Below are positions 12,601 to 23,770 of a DNA stretch of 64,000 nt, one piece after another (positions within the stretch are counted from its first letter, which is position 1; each line of letters opens with the position of its first letter). The DNA comes from Tubiluchus corallicola (Eukaryota; Animalia; Priapulida). The translations under genes and the position numbers were made by a program. The stretch covers positions 124,001 to 188,000 of the forward strand of contig JAQGDQ010000153.1 in assembly GCA_030141605.1 (NCBI GenBank), given 5' to 3'. Below the pieces are notes generated by a model that made no database searches, was not told where the DNA came from, and was given only the letters and a program-made list of their open reading frames with translations.

Positions 12601-15600
12601 TGAAGCTTTAACATGATCATGTGGAAGTTATGTATGCCACATACAAATCTTCTGTACTGTTGTGTACAATAAACACCTCTAGCTCGCCAAAATAGTCAAC
12701 ATAGAATTATAATATGAACGCCATTGTATAAAAATACCATTGAGTAGTTAAGCTGTTGCATTTGAGTATACAATAAGGTACATGGTTAAAAAAGTTTAGG
12801 CCCTTACACATCTTTCTTAAACAACTATTATCACTGGCTGTGGATAAATCAAAAATTGATACCAATATGAGCAAAGTCAGTATAAACAAATACAATTCTT
12901 TAAACAGATCACACTACCTACTTGATTTTCTAATTCTCTACAGTGCTATATAGCAAAATAAGCCTTTTTTCTTGTCAGAACTTTGATCAAAAACAGGTTC
13001 TCAAAGCAAACTAATAAAATTTATGCCAAATATATATAGGCACAAAGTAAGCAAACTGATCGCTCTAAACCTATCTATGGAATAAACGCAAGTACAAGTC
13101 ATTGTCAATAGACTGCAGTCCACTGCCATCTCTGCCCTTAGGGGCTCAACTAAGAATACATTGATTGTCATGTTTAAGACGACTATTGCCTGTTTTGACA
13201 GTCTACCCAGTCACTGGGTTGCATACTTAAGGTTGACTCAAACATTTGGCATAAGAAAAGTTCAGTAACTAGAGCAAGAAATCACAGCATTCTGACCAAA
13301 ACTAATCCATGCCTCACCAGACCACTAGGCGAAATCTGCATACAAAAGCATCCAATTAACCAGCCAAGGACAGCTGGTACTAAAACAGTTTTACAAAATT
13401 GCCAGCATTTTGGTAATCCAGACTATGTTTAGGAAAAGTAAGTTCTAGGTGAAAATAGCTAACAGTAAATGCATTATTTCTCTAAAAATGTACTAAAAAG
13501 GATTTGTTCACATTATTGTAAATCTAAAGTCTAGACCTTGCAAACATATACAAACAAGCATTCTATTCTCTTCAGTGTATTATAGCAAAATTCAAGATGC
13601 AGTCTTAACAACTTCAGCTTTGGTACAATCCCTTAAGATTAAAAGTAATCATGATAAAACCAGGCCTGCCTTATTATACGTCAATAAAACAGAAAAAAAC
13701 GTTCATTTGCTGATCAGGTTCTGCATTTTATTCGAGAAATGGACTGGCTGCAACAAAAAATTGCTTTTACAAAGTTCATGTTTTAAAAGAAATTTCTAAA
13801 CATACTTTAGCAGTTAGTAAAGTTTTTGTGTCATATAAATTTCGGTCAATTTAATGACACTCAAGCGGAATGTGCATACACTACAGTTCAATCACAGTGA
13901 CTAGCATTATTTACAAAGACAATGTTCACAGAGTATTTTAATGATCATTTCTATGCATAGCATTTCAGCACTTCTGGCGTTTTAATTTTTTATCATTGCT
14001 TGCATTCTGTTAGGTCAGGCTTGATCAGTAGCTACACAGGATTCCCAAATACAGTTCCAAAATGTATTTCAAAAAATTGCAGTTTCATTATATTTCAGCG
14101 GTACATATATATATATATATATATTATATAACATATGAATACTACATACATTTAATTATGCAATGTATGTCCAGCATTGCTAGCAAGGCAGTGGGATGGG
14201 TTAGGTTTTTCAGTATATCTTAGGAACAGCAGATAAAAATTTTGTATGAGTTAAAACATTTAAAAAATTTTTCGTTTTGGCACTTCCCCATTGATGTCAA
14301 CTTATCTTAACATTCATACATTATAGAAATATATCTAACAGTAGCACAACAAAACAAACAAAAAAGCAATGAGCAACCATGATTGTTTGGCACCATTTTT
14401 CAATCTCATCACAAAGTCCTCAGTCTATGATTATCATCAGGATTCAACCCTTTCAGACAAATTTGATTTTAGTCATTCACGTAGATCACTCACTCCGCAT
14501 TACCTAGCGTGACAAAGACACCTGGTTCTCTTATACGATCAAGTATCAAGCTGGCCACAAAAAAATGTTTCTGTCATACCTCATGAGCTCAAAAAATGTC
14601 AGTAGGCAGGGAGAAAATTTTTTTTTAAAAGCTTTGTGAAGCTGTTTAAAGCTGAAATGTTGAATGTTTAAATTCAGTTAAAATCAAAGTTTGTTTATTT
14701 CCCACTGGTTAGCCAGTAATGTTTTAAATTTTTTTAAATGCACATTTTTTTGCTTTGTTTTTCAACTTTTTGTTTTGTATTACTAAATGATTATGTAATT
14801 ATCGATTATTGTAAATTCTCTTTTTTGTACGGTATGAACGTATGTTCTGATAATATTGGTGTAAACGGCTGTTAATACGATAATTTGGTGGAAAATACGA
14901 TAATTCTAGCTTCAAGTAAGATAATCAGTATCATAGAAAATGGCAACCCTGGCGTACCTGCAGAAAACATGGCTGTACTCTTGCCAAAACAATGGTGTCA
15001 TAATAATTATTATGTTAATGTGTTTTAAGTAAAAAATGACTGGGCCAGGTAAGTATATGAACGTACAAAAAATTATAAAATTCCGCACTGGGTGTGTAGC
15101 AAAAAAATTACCCAGGCAAAAAAAATCACCCAGGAGACAGAAGAATTTTTATTGTTGACCCAATGTTCCACAGCATACTGGTAGTCAAAAAGTCAAATAT
15201 AATGGACAAATTGTGTGCCAAATTTACGCCTCTGCTTCTTAGCAATAAATATGCTTACAGTGAGTCCATTGCGTAGTCCTTCATCATGTGAGTTGGAGAA
15301 GGTATATCATATTCTAAAACCTGCCTCACTATTAATCTTGATGATCAAAAAATACTTGCAAGAATGGTCTGCTAATCATACCTAAAATATCTTTGGCTTT
15401 TTTAACAAATGTTGGCAATGTGAATGGCTGGATTCAATATGCCCAAATAAGGTCTGTGATGGGTTCAAGACATTACCATGTCCATCAATTTATATGGATG
15501 GAAGAGCCTTAATCAGTCCCAGAAGCATTTGTACAATTCAAGCTTCTTAAGTATGCGAGAGAACTGCTTGCAAATTTTGCATCATTTGCAAAATTGGTCC

Positions 15601-16847
15601 CAATATATAATTTCGAGATTCTCATGACAGTACCTTCGTGATTAGAAAGCATGCTACTCTACCACTATATGTGACTCTAATACTAATGATTAGGACTGTT
15701 ATTTGTATTTGCTAATTTAGAAAACAAGCATTTGAGTTTATTGTCATTTTAGGTACCAAACTGTGGGCTTGTCAGGAGGTTGCCAAAGAACTAATGTGAG
15801 ACACCATATCAAAGACTAAAATAGTCGAGATACATAAGACAGTTACATACCATTAATTGTACTTATACATGAATTCTCAGAAATAGATTCATTGTGGACA
15901 ATTTTCCAGCTGAAAAACTGTGCCGTACCTTAGTGGAGAAGCCAACAAGTGTTTCAGTAAAACACAACAGTTAAAAAAAAGATTTTACTTAAAACATAGA
16001 CGGCTTGCAATTTCTGTGATGAGTTATTTCTTACGAAAATTTTGCATTGTGTCCAAGACCGAATTGTGAATTATTTAATGTGAATTTAAATAATATAATA
16101 ATTAGAAATATTGCAGTAAAATCAATTAAATATTCGAAACCTAAAAAGTTAAACCTACTGCTTCCCGTCGTTTTTCTTCTTCCTTTAACTGTTTTTCTAA
16201 ATTTTCTCGTTCATCTTTGGCCTGTTCGAGGTCTTCCCTCTGTTGCCTCATCTTTTTCTTAATCGTATCTAATATTGATTGACCTCCCGCCATTCTGTCT
16301 AGTAATGTAAATAAGAACGACAAACAAACAACCACCGCTTGCTGAAATATTCTACCATCAACTGGAAAACTAAGCAGCAACTACTACACAACAGAAAAAC
16401 ATGAATCACAGAAGGGTTTGGTTATCAACAGGAAATCGCCCGTCTTCCACTTTCCAGTCTCCACCACTCGTTGGCAGCGCTACATGCGCAAACTTTTTCA
16501 CGAAGCGGAAACTTTTAACTAATGAGATTTTGCATCTATTGCGATTTTATTATTGTTATTTTATTATTCTTTTTATTCCTGTCTTGGGGGCGGGGTTCTT
16601 TTATTTTAGAACTCGTGTCTGCCCAATGTCTAAAATACATACAATGTATAATGATAATAATAATAACATTAATAATAATAACAATAATATTAATAATGAT
16701 GATGCAAGGTGCTGAAGGTAAATAACCAAGAAACCGTTGAGTTTCAGTTATCAGTATTATTTTGGGCTCCAATTATGAATCTACTTTCTGCTAAACAATT
16801 ATCATGATTAATATTTTATGTATTTAGGAAGAAAGTTAGACAAGAGG

Positions 16848-16893
<46 letters not shown>

Positions 16894-16897
16894 GAGA

Positions 16898-16950
<53 letters not shown>

Positions 16951-16955
16951 CGCGC

Positions 16956-16989
<34 letters not shown>

Positions 16990-17022
16990 TGAGAGAGAGC
17001 GAGAGAGAGAAGAGAGAGAGAG

Positions 17023-17071
<49 letters not shown>

Positions 17072-17081
17072 AGCGAGAGAG

Positions 17082-17136
<55 letters not shown>

Positions 17137-18737
17137 AGAGACACAGAGAGACAGAGAGACACACAGACAGAGAGAGAGGCAGCTATGGCATAGCCAGAAG
17201 ACGCTATCACTAACTTTATCTGAGATGCCTAACGTACCTTTTTAAGCACAACATTTGCTAGATGTCGCAGCTCGTTGCCAATGATATTAAATTTCATCAT
17301 GGTATTGGAATGCACTGCATGAGAGGAGAAACCAGGATATCCAGCCGAATACTGTCGAGGTTCTCGTGGTGCTTGCTCGGCATGCAACTGTTTTAGTTTA
17401 GGCCTAAAAGCTATTAACTCATTCCAGTACTTATCGAATTCATCCTCTTCCTTTTGTTTGGCTTTCCTTTCTCTGCGTTCCTTGTTAGCTTTGCGTCGTG
17501 CACGATTTTCCCTGCGCGCTTTCTCGTCATTATCCAGGATGATATTTGAGTCGTACTTCGACGAAGCCGTCGTTTCCTCCTCGACCGTGGTCATTCTCGT
17601 GCACTTTTATTATCATTCAATCGCCTCGACCTTCACCTTGAACGATTTACGGAAATTCCATCACAGTTTTCTGCACTATCCCTAGAGGGAAGCCATTTAT
17701 TTGAAAGAACATTCAGTCGCATGCAACTGGTAGGCTTCCACTACTCCGCGTCTCAAGCTGGTTTCCTTATAAGGGCGACTGACGTCAGCTGTGCCAGATG
17801 TCAGTCATGGGCGCACGGCCAGATTTTCCTGCAGTTAAGGAATCTCAGTTGATGGATAGTGAGCCAATGTGAACAAACATGGCTGAACCCGATCGCGTTA
17901 CTGAGCTACACCTACATGTGAATGTAGAAAGATTGGCGAAGGGCTAATCACTAACGGAATTTCTTATAACCATTCTTTCGCGCATGCATTTAAAAGATGA
18001 CTGTAACGGAACTCTGCAAGAACACAATGTCGCCATCTCAATTAGCTGTCACTAATTGGCTAAGTCACTTCAGTGCTACCAAAGTGCATAGTTGTGCCCT
18101 TTTCCTGGAACAGCCCTTTTCAGTTACGTGTTGCACTGGGCCCTACATAAAGAGCAGTTGTTTCGTGTGGTTTACATTGCATCCAACTCCATTGAAGGAA
18201 GGAATTCGAAAAAAAATTGCAACCAGTGTTTTGGTTACGGAAGCCGAAGTGGTAAAAACAAGCAGTGCATTGGCTGGTTGGGCTGGGTCACGGAAAAAGG
18301 AAAAATAAACGAGTGGGTTTATTACACTTTTGACGGGAAACTTTACGTGACTTGTAGCTCGAGTTTCTTTGTCGACTCGAGTACAAGTCAACTTTACCCT
18401 AGTTAGCTTTTAGGCTCCCCGCAGAGTATTCAACTAGCTAGTTTGTTATACTGTCAGTCACCCCATACAAGCCGTCTAGTACTTTGAAGAAGATGCTAGG
18501 CTTTATGATAGTGATATGATAGAATTATTCTATAGCTCCGTAACAACAATTAAAGAAGGAACTTACTGAATTAGTACAGTGGAATTTCAAGACGAATTTT
18601 AAGACCATACCTCATTCTGCTCTAAAATATACATTTTGTTATGCATACATACATACATACATACATACATACATACATACATACATACATACATACATAC
18701 ATACATACGTATATACATACATACATACATACATACA

Positions 18738-18771
<34 letters not shown>

Positions 18772-21700
18772 CATATATATAAGAACTACACTGTTAACTA
18801 GATATGTGCCGGTGAGCGTAGCTAGCAATAACGTCACAACGGGGAAAATTTTCCCATGGCTGAAATTTTCCATGAGCTAAAACAAAAATTAAAATACGGA
18901 CACCTGACAATGGATACTTACAATGATACACAAGAACAAGGCAAATTGTAGTTTTAAAATTTCCAGTTTCTTGCGTGAATAATGCGTGATTTCACAACTG
19001 TCCTAACATCATATATTTAAGCTCTTCTGGTGAATTAAATATCATCAAGTGCAGACAATGGCAGCGATGACAACAATATGCACTGGCACATAAAAATAGC
19101 ACCTCCTGTCACCGAAGCAGAATCTTACGACTTGCAGGTCGAAATTTGCACATTTAAAACAAGACTGTATAATGAGATTAAAGCTATAGCTCTATAGTTG
19201 TAGCAGATTATGAATTAAAATCGGAAATACATATTTTTATTAGTGTATAATTTGTAATATATGAAGCCCTACGAACTGATTCCATTCCTGATAAAGTGTA
19301 CCTTAAAAAACAGAGCATGTGGAGGTGAGCGATTGGCACCATGTTGACAAAAATGTTTCGTCGCGCATAACCAAACATTTTGCCTGTGCTTTTACTTGAA
19401 GCCAAAAAGCTTCTGACCTTTGCCTTGATTTGTCTGTTACAATTTTTACAAACGCCTACAGATTCACGCAGTACTTACACTGGCTACTCAGTGACTTATT
19501 TCAAGTTCTACCACTCATTGCGTTCTCAAATTCTCTAACCCTTTCCCCCAGCCATTTCGACGTACTAGAGACAGACAAGAAACCACAACAGCTGTGTAAT
19601 AAATAAATAATTTTAACTCATTATCTGTATTAAAATTTACGGCAAAGCTGTCAAATTGCAATGTAAGCAAAGACCGAAAGACATTTTATTCTCTATTAAA
19701 ACCATAATAATTATGTAAGATGCACTCACATCGGCTGCTGCCTTGTCTTTTTCTTCCAGTTTCGTTGTGGCTTGTTGAAGCTGTTCCTGTGCTTGATCCA
19801 ATTCATTTTCCACGCTGGTGATCTTTTTCTGCAGAGCTTTCACCTCCTCTTCGGCCTAAAAACAAGACGGGTGAATAATATAATTATGAAAGCCTGTTTT
19901 AAAGATGGCCTAAAAGTGAGTTGGCAAGTTGGAAGAGGCAAGACTACTGGTACTGCGTGGAAGTCACATGCATCTATGTACGGGCATTCTAGCTGTCAAT
20001 AAACTCATTAACATTACATGAGTATAAAGCAAGGTTAACCCATGGCACTTTTCAAGTAACTATTAAACTACCAAACCAGGATGACCATGAATTTCACTAT
20101 AATAAGTTTAATACCAAAACTATATTTAAGGTGTCTTTCTTAAACAAGCGACTCATTTTTCTCCCGAAAGACCAAGAGACAGGGAAGCAAAAAAGAAAAG
20201 AAAAAGAAATCAAGACAATCAAGTCACGAGGAATATAAAAAGTGAAATAAAGAGAAAACATGCATAACACAAACTAAAAAGAAAGGAGAAAGAAGAAAAA
20301 ACAAAAAAGAGAAATAGCAAAGTAAATAAAAGAGAAAAAGAGAGGGAAGAATGACAGGGGTTGAAATTAAGAGGAAGAAAGAAAGATAAAGAAAAAATAG
20401 CACAAATAATGAGAAAAAGAAAGGGAAAAGGAATAAAAAAGAAAATAGAATAAAAATAGAAAGAAAAGATAGGGAAGTGGGGCAATAAAGAAAGAAGTAA
20501 ATATAATGCGCTTATACAATTTTCAATTAATTGCTATAAGATTGGAACACATCTGATGAAAATGTTATGTCTGGCCGTAATTGTTTATTAAACTTTGCGC
20601 CACATGACTTGATATCAAGGAGGAAAATAATCTTTACAATTAGACATAACGATTTGGTTCCTAAAGTTCTTTGTGCGACATGTGGTGGGTCATGTGGAAA
20701 GCTTGCTATCATTGCCACGTGGAAAGCATCCCTATAGCCAGACAGCTGTTAATTCGCGATTGACTCGGGATAAATTATCAACTCTAGCAGTCGGATTTCA
20801 TTAAAATATTTCTAGCGAAATTCTTGGCGAAATTTTGGCCACCTGAAGAAACGAAATTGAATCAGGCATGAATTGTTGACTTGAGGCACATCTGCTTTGG
20901 GCGCATTAATCTTCAGTCTGCATGGTGATTACAGATTACGTCATTTAATGGGAATAGTTTTTGCCAATACGCGAATGTTAAACAAAATACTTGAAAAACA
21001 GATAAACCGCTAAAACGATTTTCTTTAATTACAGAAAATTTCTTTGCAACTATTATAAGATTTTTTATTATATGGGGGTCCGTCTAATAGATGTTTTTTC
21101 GAAGACCATACCCTCATTATGCCATTTACAATTGTTTCAATTCGTGTTTTATTGTTTTTGCATCGTTTCCCTGTAAAAGATCGTTGTGGAACACTCTCCC
21201 AACACCAACTTCATTCCTGGCTATGTTCACACAGTGCTTTCGTTACGGTGGAAACTAAGAGAGCACAAAATGATTCTATTCTGTACATATAATTACTTGT
21301 TCTTGACTTCTTAATTGCTTATCATTTTTTTAGCCAACCTCATGCATATAAATAGTGTTTTTCGTAGAGCCGTGAAAATCTCAGCAAATTATTTGTATTC
21401 ACCGGCTGCGGACAAGCCATATGACACTCTTGAAAAACCCTGCTTGTTTATACATGTATTTGTTTTTTAATTTGATCAATAAACAGTTAATTTATAAACT
21501 GTTAAAATTTCTTAATTGATTAGACGTAATTAAGATTGTTAGTGTTTAAGGTTCAGTACCACACGAGCGAATAGCACGAAGGGGTATCTATAAACAACGA
21601 AAAAATGATGTAATCAATGTCTACAGGCGGAATTTGGAAACCATATGCTTACTTTTTACTTTCTTGAAACAGTAATGACCATTTTAAAAGTACCTCGGTA

Positions 21701-23494
21701 ATTAGTTTTTTACCATCTTCTGACTGCATGGCTTAACTAACATTACAAATTCGTATTTTTTGTAATTAGTGACTGGAATTTTCGACAGATGGATAGGCGG
21801 AAAAGGAGAAAAAACAAACCGACGCCAAACGCGTTCCTATTCCATGACGACGCGTCAAGACAAATAATCACTTTTCTTTAAACAAACTTGTTTGGTTGAA
21901 AATGGTTTAACAAAATTTAATGTATGATTTATCGAGATTTATGCAAAAATCTAATTAATCGTCCGGTCAAAAGTGAAAGATCTGGATCAGAACAAATGCC
22001 ATAAGTAACTACAAATAGGCTTGTAACTTACCGTAGATTTTATCTTAATGTAATTACATGTACTAATTATAGTCTAAGATGGCACATTAAATTTGTATAG
22101 GCCCAATACCATGAATACAATACCATTAACACATCAATACCAGTGTTAATGCATCAATAAGTTTAAATTATAAACCTGTAATCTGTATAAGTAATTTTTG
22201 TTATGTATTATATTTATACGTATGTAAAGTGTTACTGTGTGTATCGAGATAATTTGATGTAATTCTTGACGTATTTTACTTTTTGTATTATATTACATAT
22301 TATTATGTAACCACTGTATCCCTCTACCGTAGTGTATGTATGTGAATTATTGCTTTTAGTTTTAGTTTTATGCACTAGCAGTTTGTATTTTGCACCAAAC
22401 GCATTTGCCTTTAACAGTGTAAATATATTTGTAACACTGAGGATTCCTATTTTATTGTAATCCATTTTAATGGCAAATAAAGAGAATACCTGAGTTGAAG
22501 AATAGTTTTTGTAGAAAAAAACGCATTATTATGTAACCACTGTATCCCTCTACCGTAGTGTATGTATGTGAATTATTGCTTTTAGTTTTAGTTTTATGCA
22601 CTAGCAGTTTGTATTTTGCACCAAACGCATTTGCCTTTAACAGTGTAAATATATTTGTAACACTGAGGATTCCCATTTTATTGTAATCCATTTTAATGGC
22701 AAATAAAGAGAATACCTGAGTTGAAGAATAGTTTTTGTAGAAAAAACGTAAACGGAAGCCAAAATGAATGTTGCTAGTTGTACTGAAAATAGCACAAGAA
22801 AAGTATTCAGTATGGCGACAATCTACAAAATACATTCACATGCATTAAACTTTATTTGAACAACAGTTCTTAAGCGAATTTATAATTGGATGAAAATGAA
22901 ACGCTTCGCATGATTCAGCATAATTATGTGGTATATTTGAACTTATATTTTACTGTTCTCGTACCAACAAGTCTGTTGACAAAAAGGCACTGTTTACAAC
23001 AATCATTTTAATTTCCGGCGGATACACAAATCTTAAAGAGGTGACTCAACACGACTCAACTACACTCTATTTCAACTAATTGAATCATTATGGCATTATA
23101 GGTAACCTTAACTTAGGCCTAGACCTTAACTTAGAAGTACGTTACCATTGAAATGCCTTCTGTATTTCCTTTTACGTAGAATAAATAATAGGTCTGCTAA
23201 CGGGTATTTACGTAACATTTAATATGCATCATATTACATTTATAAATATTACTTAGATTACCCGGTGGAAAATAGTGTGGATATAAAACTGGTTTCATGC
23301 ATCAATGCGCGTGTTATGCTGACTACTGATTATGCTTCCTACACTAGAAAGCTCCTTATTTGTACTTCCTATTCGCTTACCTGGGAAGCTCTATTCTCTG
23401 CTTCTTTCTTAGCAGATTCTGCTTCGTCAGCTCTGTCGATGGCATTTTCCCTCTCCAACTTCATAGCCTGTAATTTCTTTTTGATGGCTTCCAT
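613..23494 (-). CDS. Tm1: Tropomyosin, multi-exon, alternatively spliced (long isoform ~285 aa)
   Basis: Exons read manually with GT-AG borders and consistent phases: 23381-23494 ([23 protein letters not shown]), 19730-19855, 9641-9774 ([26 protein letters not shown]), one of 7430-7547/7064-7181/6685-6802/6454-6571, one of 5125-5195/4996-5066, 2767-2842 ([25 protein letters not shown]), 2522-2584, 2090-2159 ([23 protein letters not shown]), 613-698 (stop TAA). Exon sizes 114/126/134/118/71/76/63/70 match canonical tropomyosin architecture. Other last exons may lie left of the window. Confidence 0.96.
2090..2842 (-). CDS. Tm1: Tropomyosin constitutive exons 2767-2842, 2522-2584, 2090-2159
   Basis: Translations [25 protein letters not shown] / [21 protein letters not shown] / [23 protein letters not shown] with GT-AG borders. 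Confidence 0.93.
4996..5066 (-). CDS. Tm1: Tropomyosin mutually exclusive 71-nt exon variant B ([23 protein letters not shown])
   Basis: TAG acceptor, GTAAG donor, 71 nt, paralogous to 5125-5195. Confidence 0.9.
5125..5195 (-). CDS. Tm1: Tropomyosin mutually exclusive 71-nt exon variant A ([23 protein letters not shown])
   Basis: CAG acceptor, GTAAG donor, 71 nt. Confidence 0.9.
6454..6571 (-). CDS. Tm1: Tropomyosin 118-nt exon variant D ([39 protein letters not shown])
   Basis: AAG acceptor, GT donor, exactly 118 nt, phase 2/0. Confidence 0.88.
6685..6802 (-). CDS. Tm1: Tropomyosin 118-nt exon variant C ([39 protein letters not shown])
   Basis: TAG acceptor, GT donor, 118 nt; ORF 6628..6816. 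Confidence 0.9.
7064..7181 (-). CDS. Tm1: Tropomyosin 118-nt exon variant B ([39 protein letters not shown])
   Basis: CAG acceptor, GTTAGT donor, 118 nt; ORF 7016..7216. Confidence 0.9.
7430..7547 (-). CDS. Tm1: Tropomyosin 118-nt exon variant A ([39 protein letters not shown])
   Basis: TAG acceptor, GTAGG donor, 118 nt; ORF 7364..7594. Confidence 0.88.
7821..8437. mobile_element. PIF/Harbinger-type MITE in a tropomyosin intron
   Basis: ~31-bp imperfect TIRs (GGGGCCATCCACATATAACGATATCAAGTTT ... AAACTTGATATAGTTATATGTGGAAGGCCCC) flanked by TTA on both sides (3-bp TSD). Confidence 0.8.
9641..9774 (-). CDS. Tm1: Tropomyosin shared 134-nt exon ([44 protein letters not shown])
   Basis: Hallmark tropomyosin sequence; CAG acceptor, GT donor. 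Confidence 0.95.
11040..11770 (-). mobile_element. Degraded 3' fragment of an RTE-clade non-LTR retrotransposon
   Basis: Broken frames give RTE C-terminal motifs: [49 protein letters not shown], and a terminal Cys-rich remnant; multiple frameshifts. Confidence 0.75.
13120..13330 (-). mobile_element. Possible decayed SINE
   Basis: Segments such as TGACAGTCTACCCAGTCACTGG and AAGGTTGACTCA resemble conserved metazoan SINE core sequences; recognised from memory only. Confidence 0.3.
14548..15161 (+). mobile_element. Non-autonomous DNA transposon (Kolobok-like MITE), copy A
   Basis: Collinear similarity over ~600 bp with 32961-33627 (shared GGCCACAAAAAA-TTTCTGTC-TACCTCATGA-CTCAAA-ATGTCAGTAGG; AATCAAAGTTTGTTTATTTCCCA; GGGTGTG); imperfect inverted termini. 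Confidence 0.65.
16159..16293 (-). CDS. Tm1: Tropomyosin alternative first exon, short (cytoplasmic-type) isoform
   Basis: [45 protein letters not shown], 135 nt, phase-0 GTAGGT donor; fits the 9774 acceptor; resembles exon 1b of low-molecular-weight tropomyosins. Confidence 0.9.
16646..16705. repeat. Imperfect (AAT)n microsatellite
   Basis: aatgataataataataacattaataataataacaataatattaataatgatgatg. Confidence 0.7.
16851..17177. repeat. Long interrupted (GA)n microsatellite
   Basis: ~330 bp of AG dinucleotide; source of the spurious SLSL/RERE ORFs. Confidence 0.97.
17238..17594 (-). CDS. Tm1: Tropomyosin atypical alternative first exon (Tm1-I/C-like N-terminus), 119 aa
   Basis: ATG-initiated 357-nt ORF ending AAG|GTACGT (phase 0); in frame with the 9774 exon, giving ...[35 protein letters not shown]|[13 protein letters not shown]. 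Confidence 0.8.
17765..17791. promoter_or_regulatory. CArG box + CRE + E-box cluster upstream of the atypical tropomyosin first exon
   Basis: CCTTATAAGG (17765-17774), TGACGTCA (17780-17787), CAGCTG (17786-17791), about 170 bp upstream of the 17594 ATG. Confidence 0.5.
18644..18775. repeat. (TACA)n tetranucleotide microsatellite
   Basis: Direct inspection. Confidence 0.97.
19730..19855 (-). CDS. Tm1: Tropomyosin exon 2 ([42 protein letters not shown])
   Basis: 126 nt, TAG acceptor, GTGAGT donor. Confidence 0.93.
20175..20500. repeat. Purine-rich (A/G) low-complexity tract
   Basis: Strongly A/G-biased sequence with no periodic unit. Confidence 0.6.
22299..22748. repeat. Tandem duplication, 2 x ~226 bp, near-identical
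   Basis: Units start at 22299 and 22525 (attattatgtaaccactgtatccctctaccgtag...); differences seen are one substitution and an A-run length. Confidence 0.92.
23381..23494 (-). CDS. Tm1: Tropomyosin exon 1a (long/muscle-type isoform start)
   Basis: [38 protein letters not shown], 114 nt, CAG|GTAAG donor. Confidence 0.95.
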
Positions 23495-23654
23495 TTTGCC
23501 CTCTTCTGGGTATCTTCTCTTTTCGCTATAAATTTGTTGGATACGTCTGATCGGCAGCAGAGACACAGCACAAACGGCCACCGTCTTCTGGGCAGAAACT
23601 TACTCCAAGACAGTTCTACCGGGCAACAAGAGCAGCAGTAGCAATTCCTCCAGC

Positions 23655-23770
23655 GGGGTTTATTTATTGGGGAGGTGGGATCAAAATGACATCACTACAG
23701 AAAACCAGTCGTTTTTCATGTTAGATATTCCCCAGTCTGTGAGAGGGAGGGACTAGTATGACGTCACGGC
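23655..23770 (-). promoter_or_regulatory. Putative distal tropomyosin promoter region
   Basis: AATAAATA TATA-like element (~23660-23668, minus strand) and CRE palindrome TGACGTCA at 23759-23766, upstream of exon 1a. Confidence 0.35.

Noticed and set aside
15280-15660. Possible ancient LINE RT remnant ([12 protein letters not shown])
   Set aside because: The resemblance is too short and broken to support by eye.
16808-17213. ORFs encoding SLSLSL / RERERE proteins
   Set aside because: They are translations of the (GA)n microsatellite.
18622-18880. ORFs encoding YVCM / HTYI repeats
   Set aside because: They are translations of the (TACA)n microsatellite.
22232-22835. Two similar ORFs ([14 protein letters not shown]...) suggesting a duplicated gene
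   Set aside because: They arise from the 226-bp non-coding tandem duplication; no recognisable domain.
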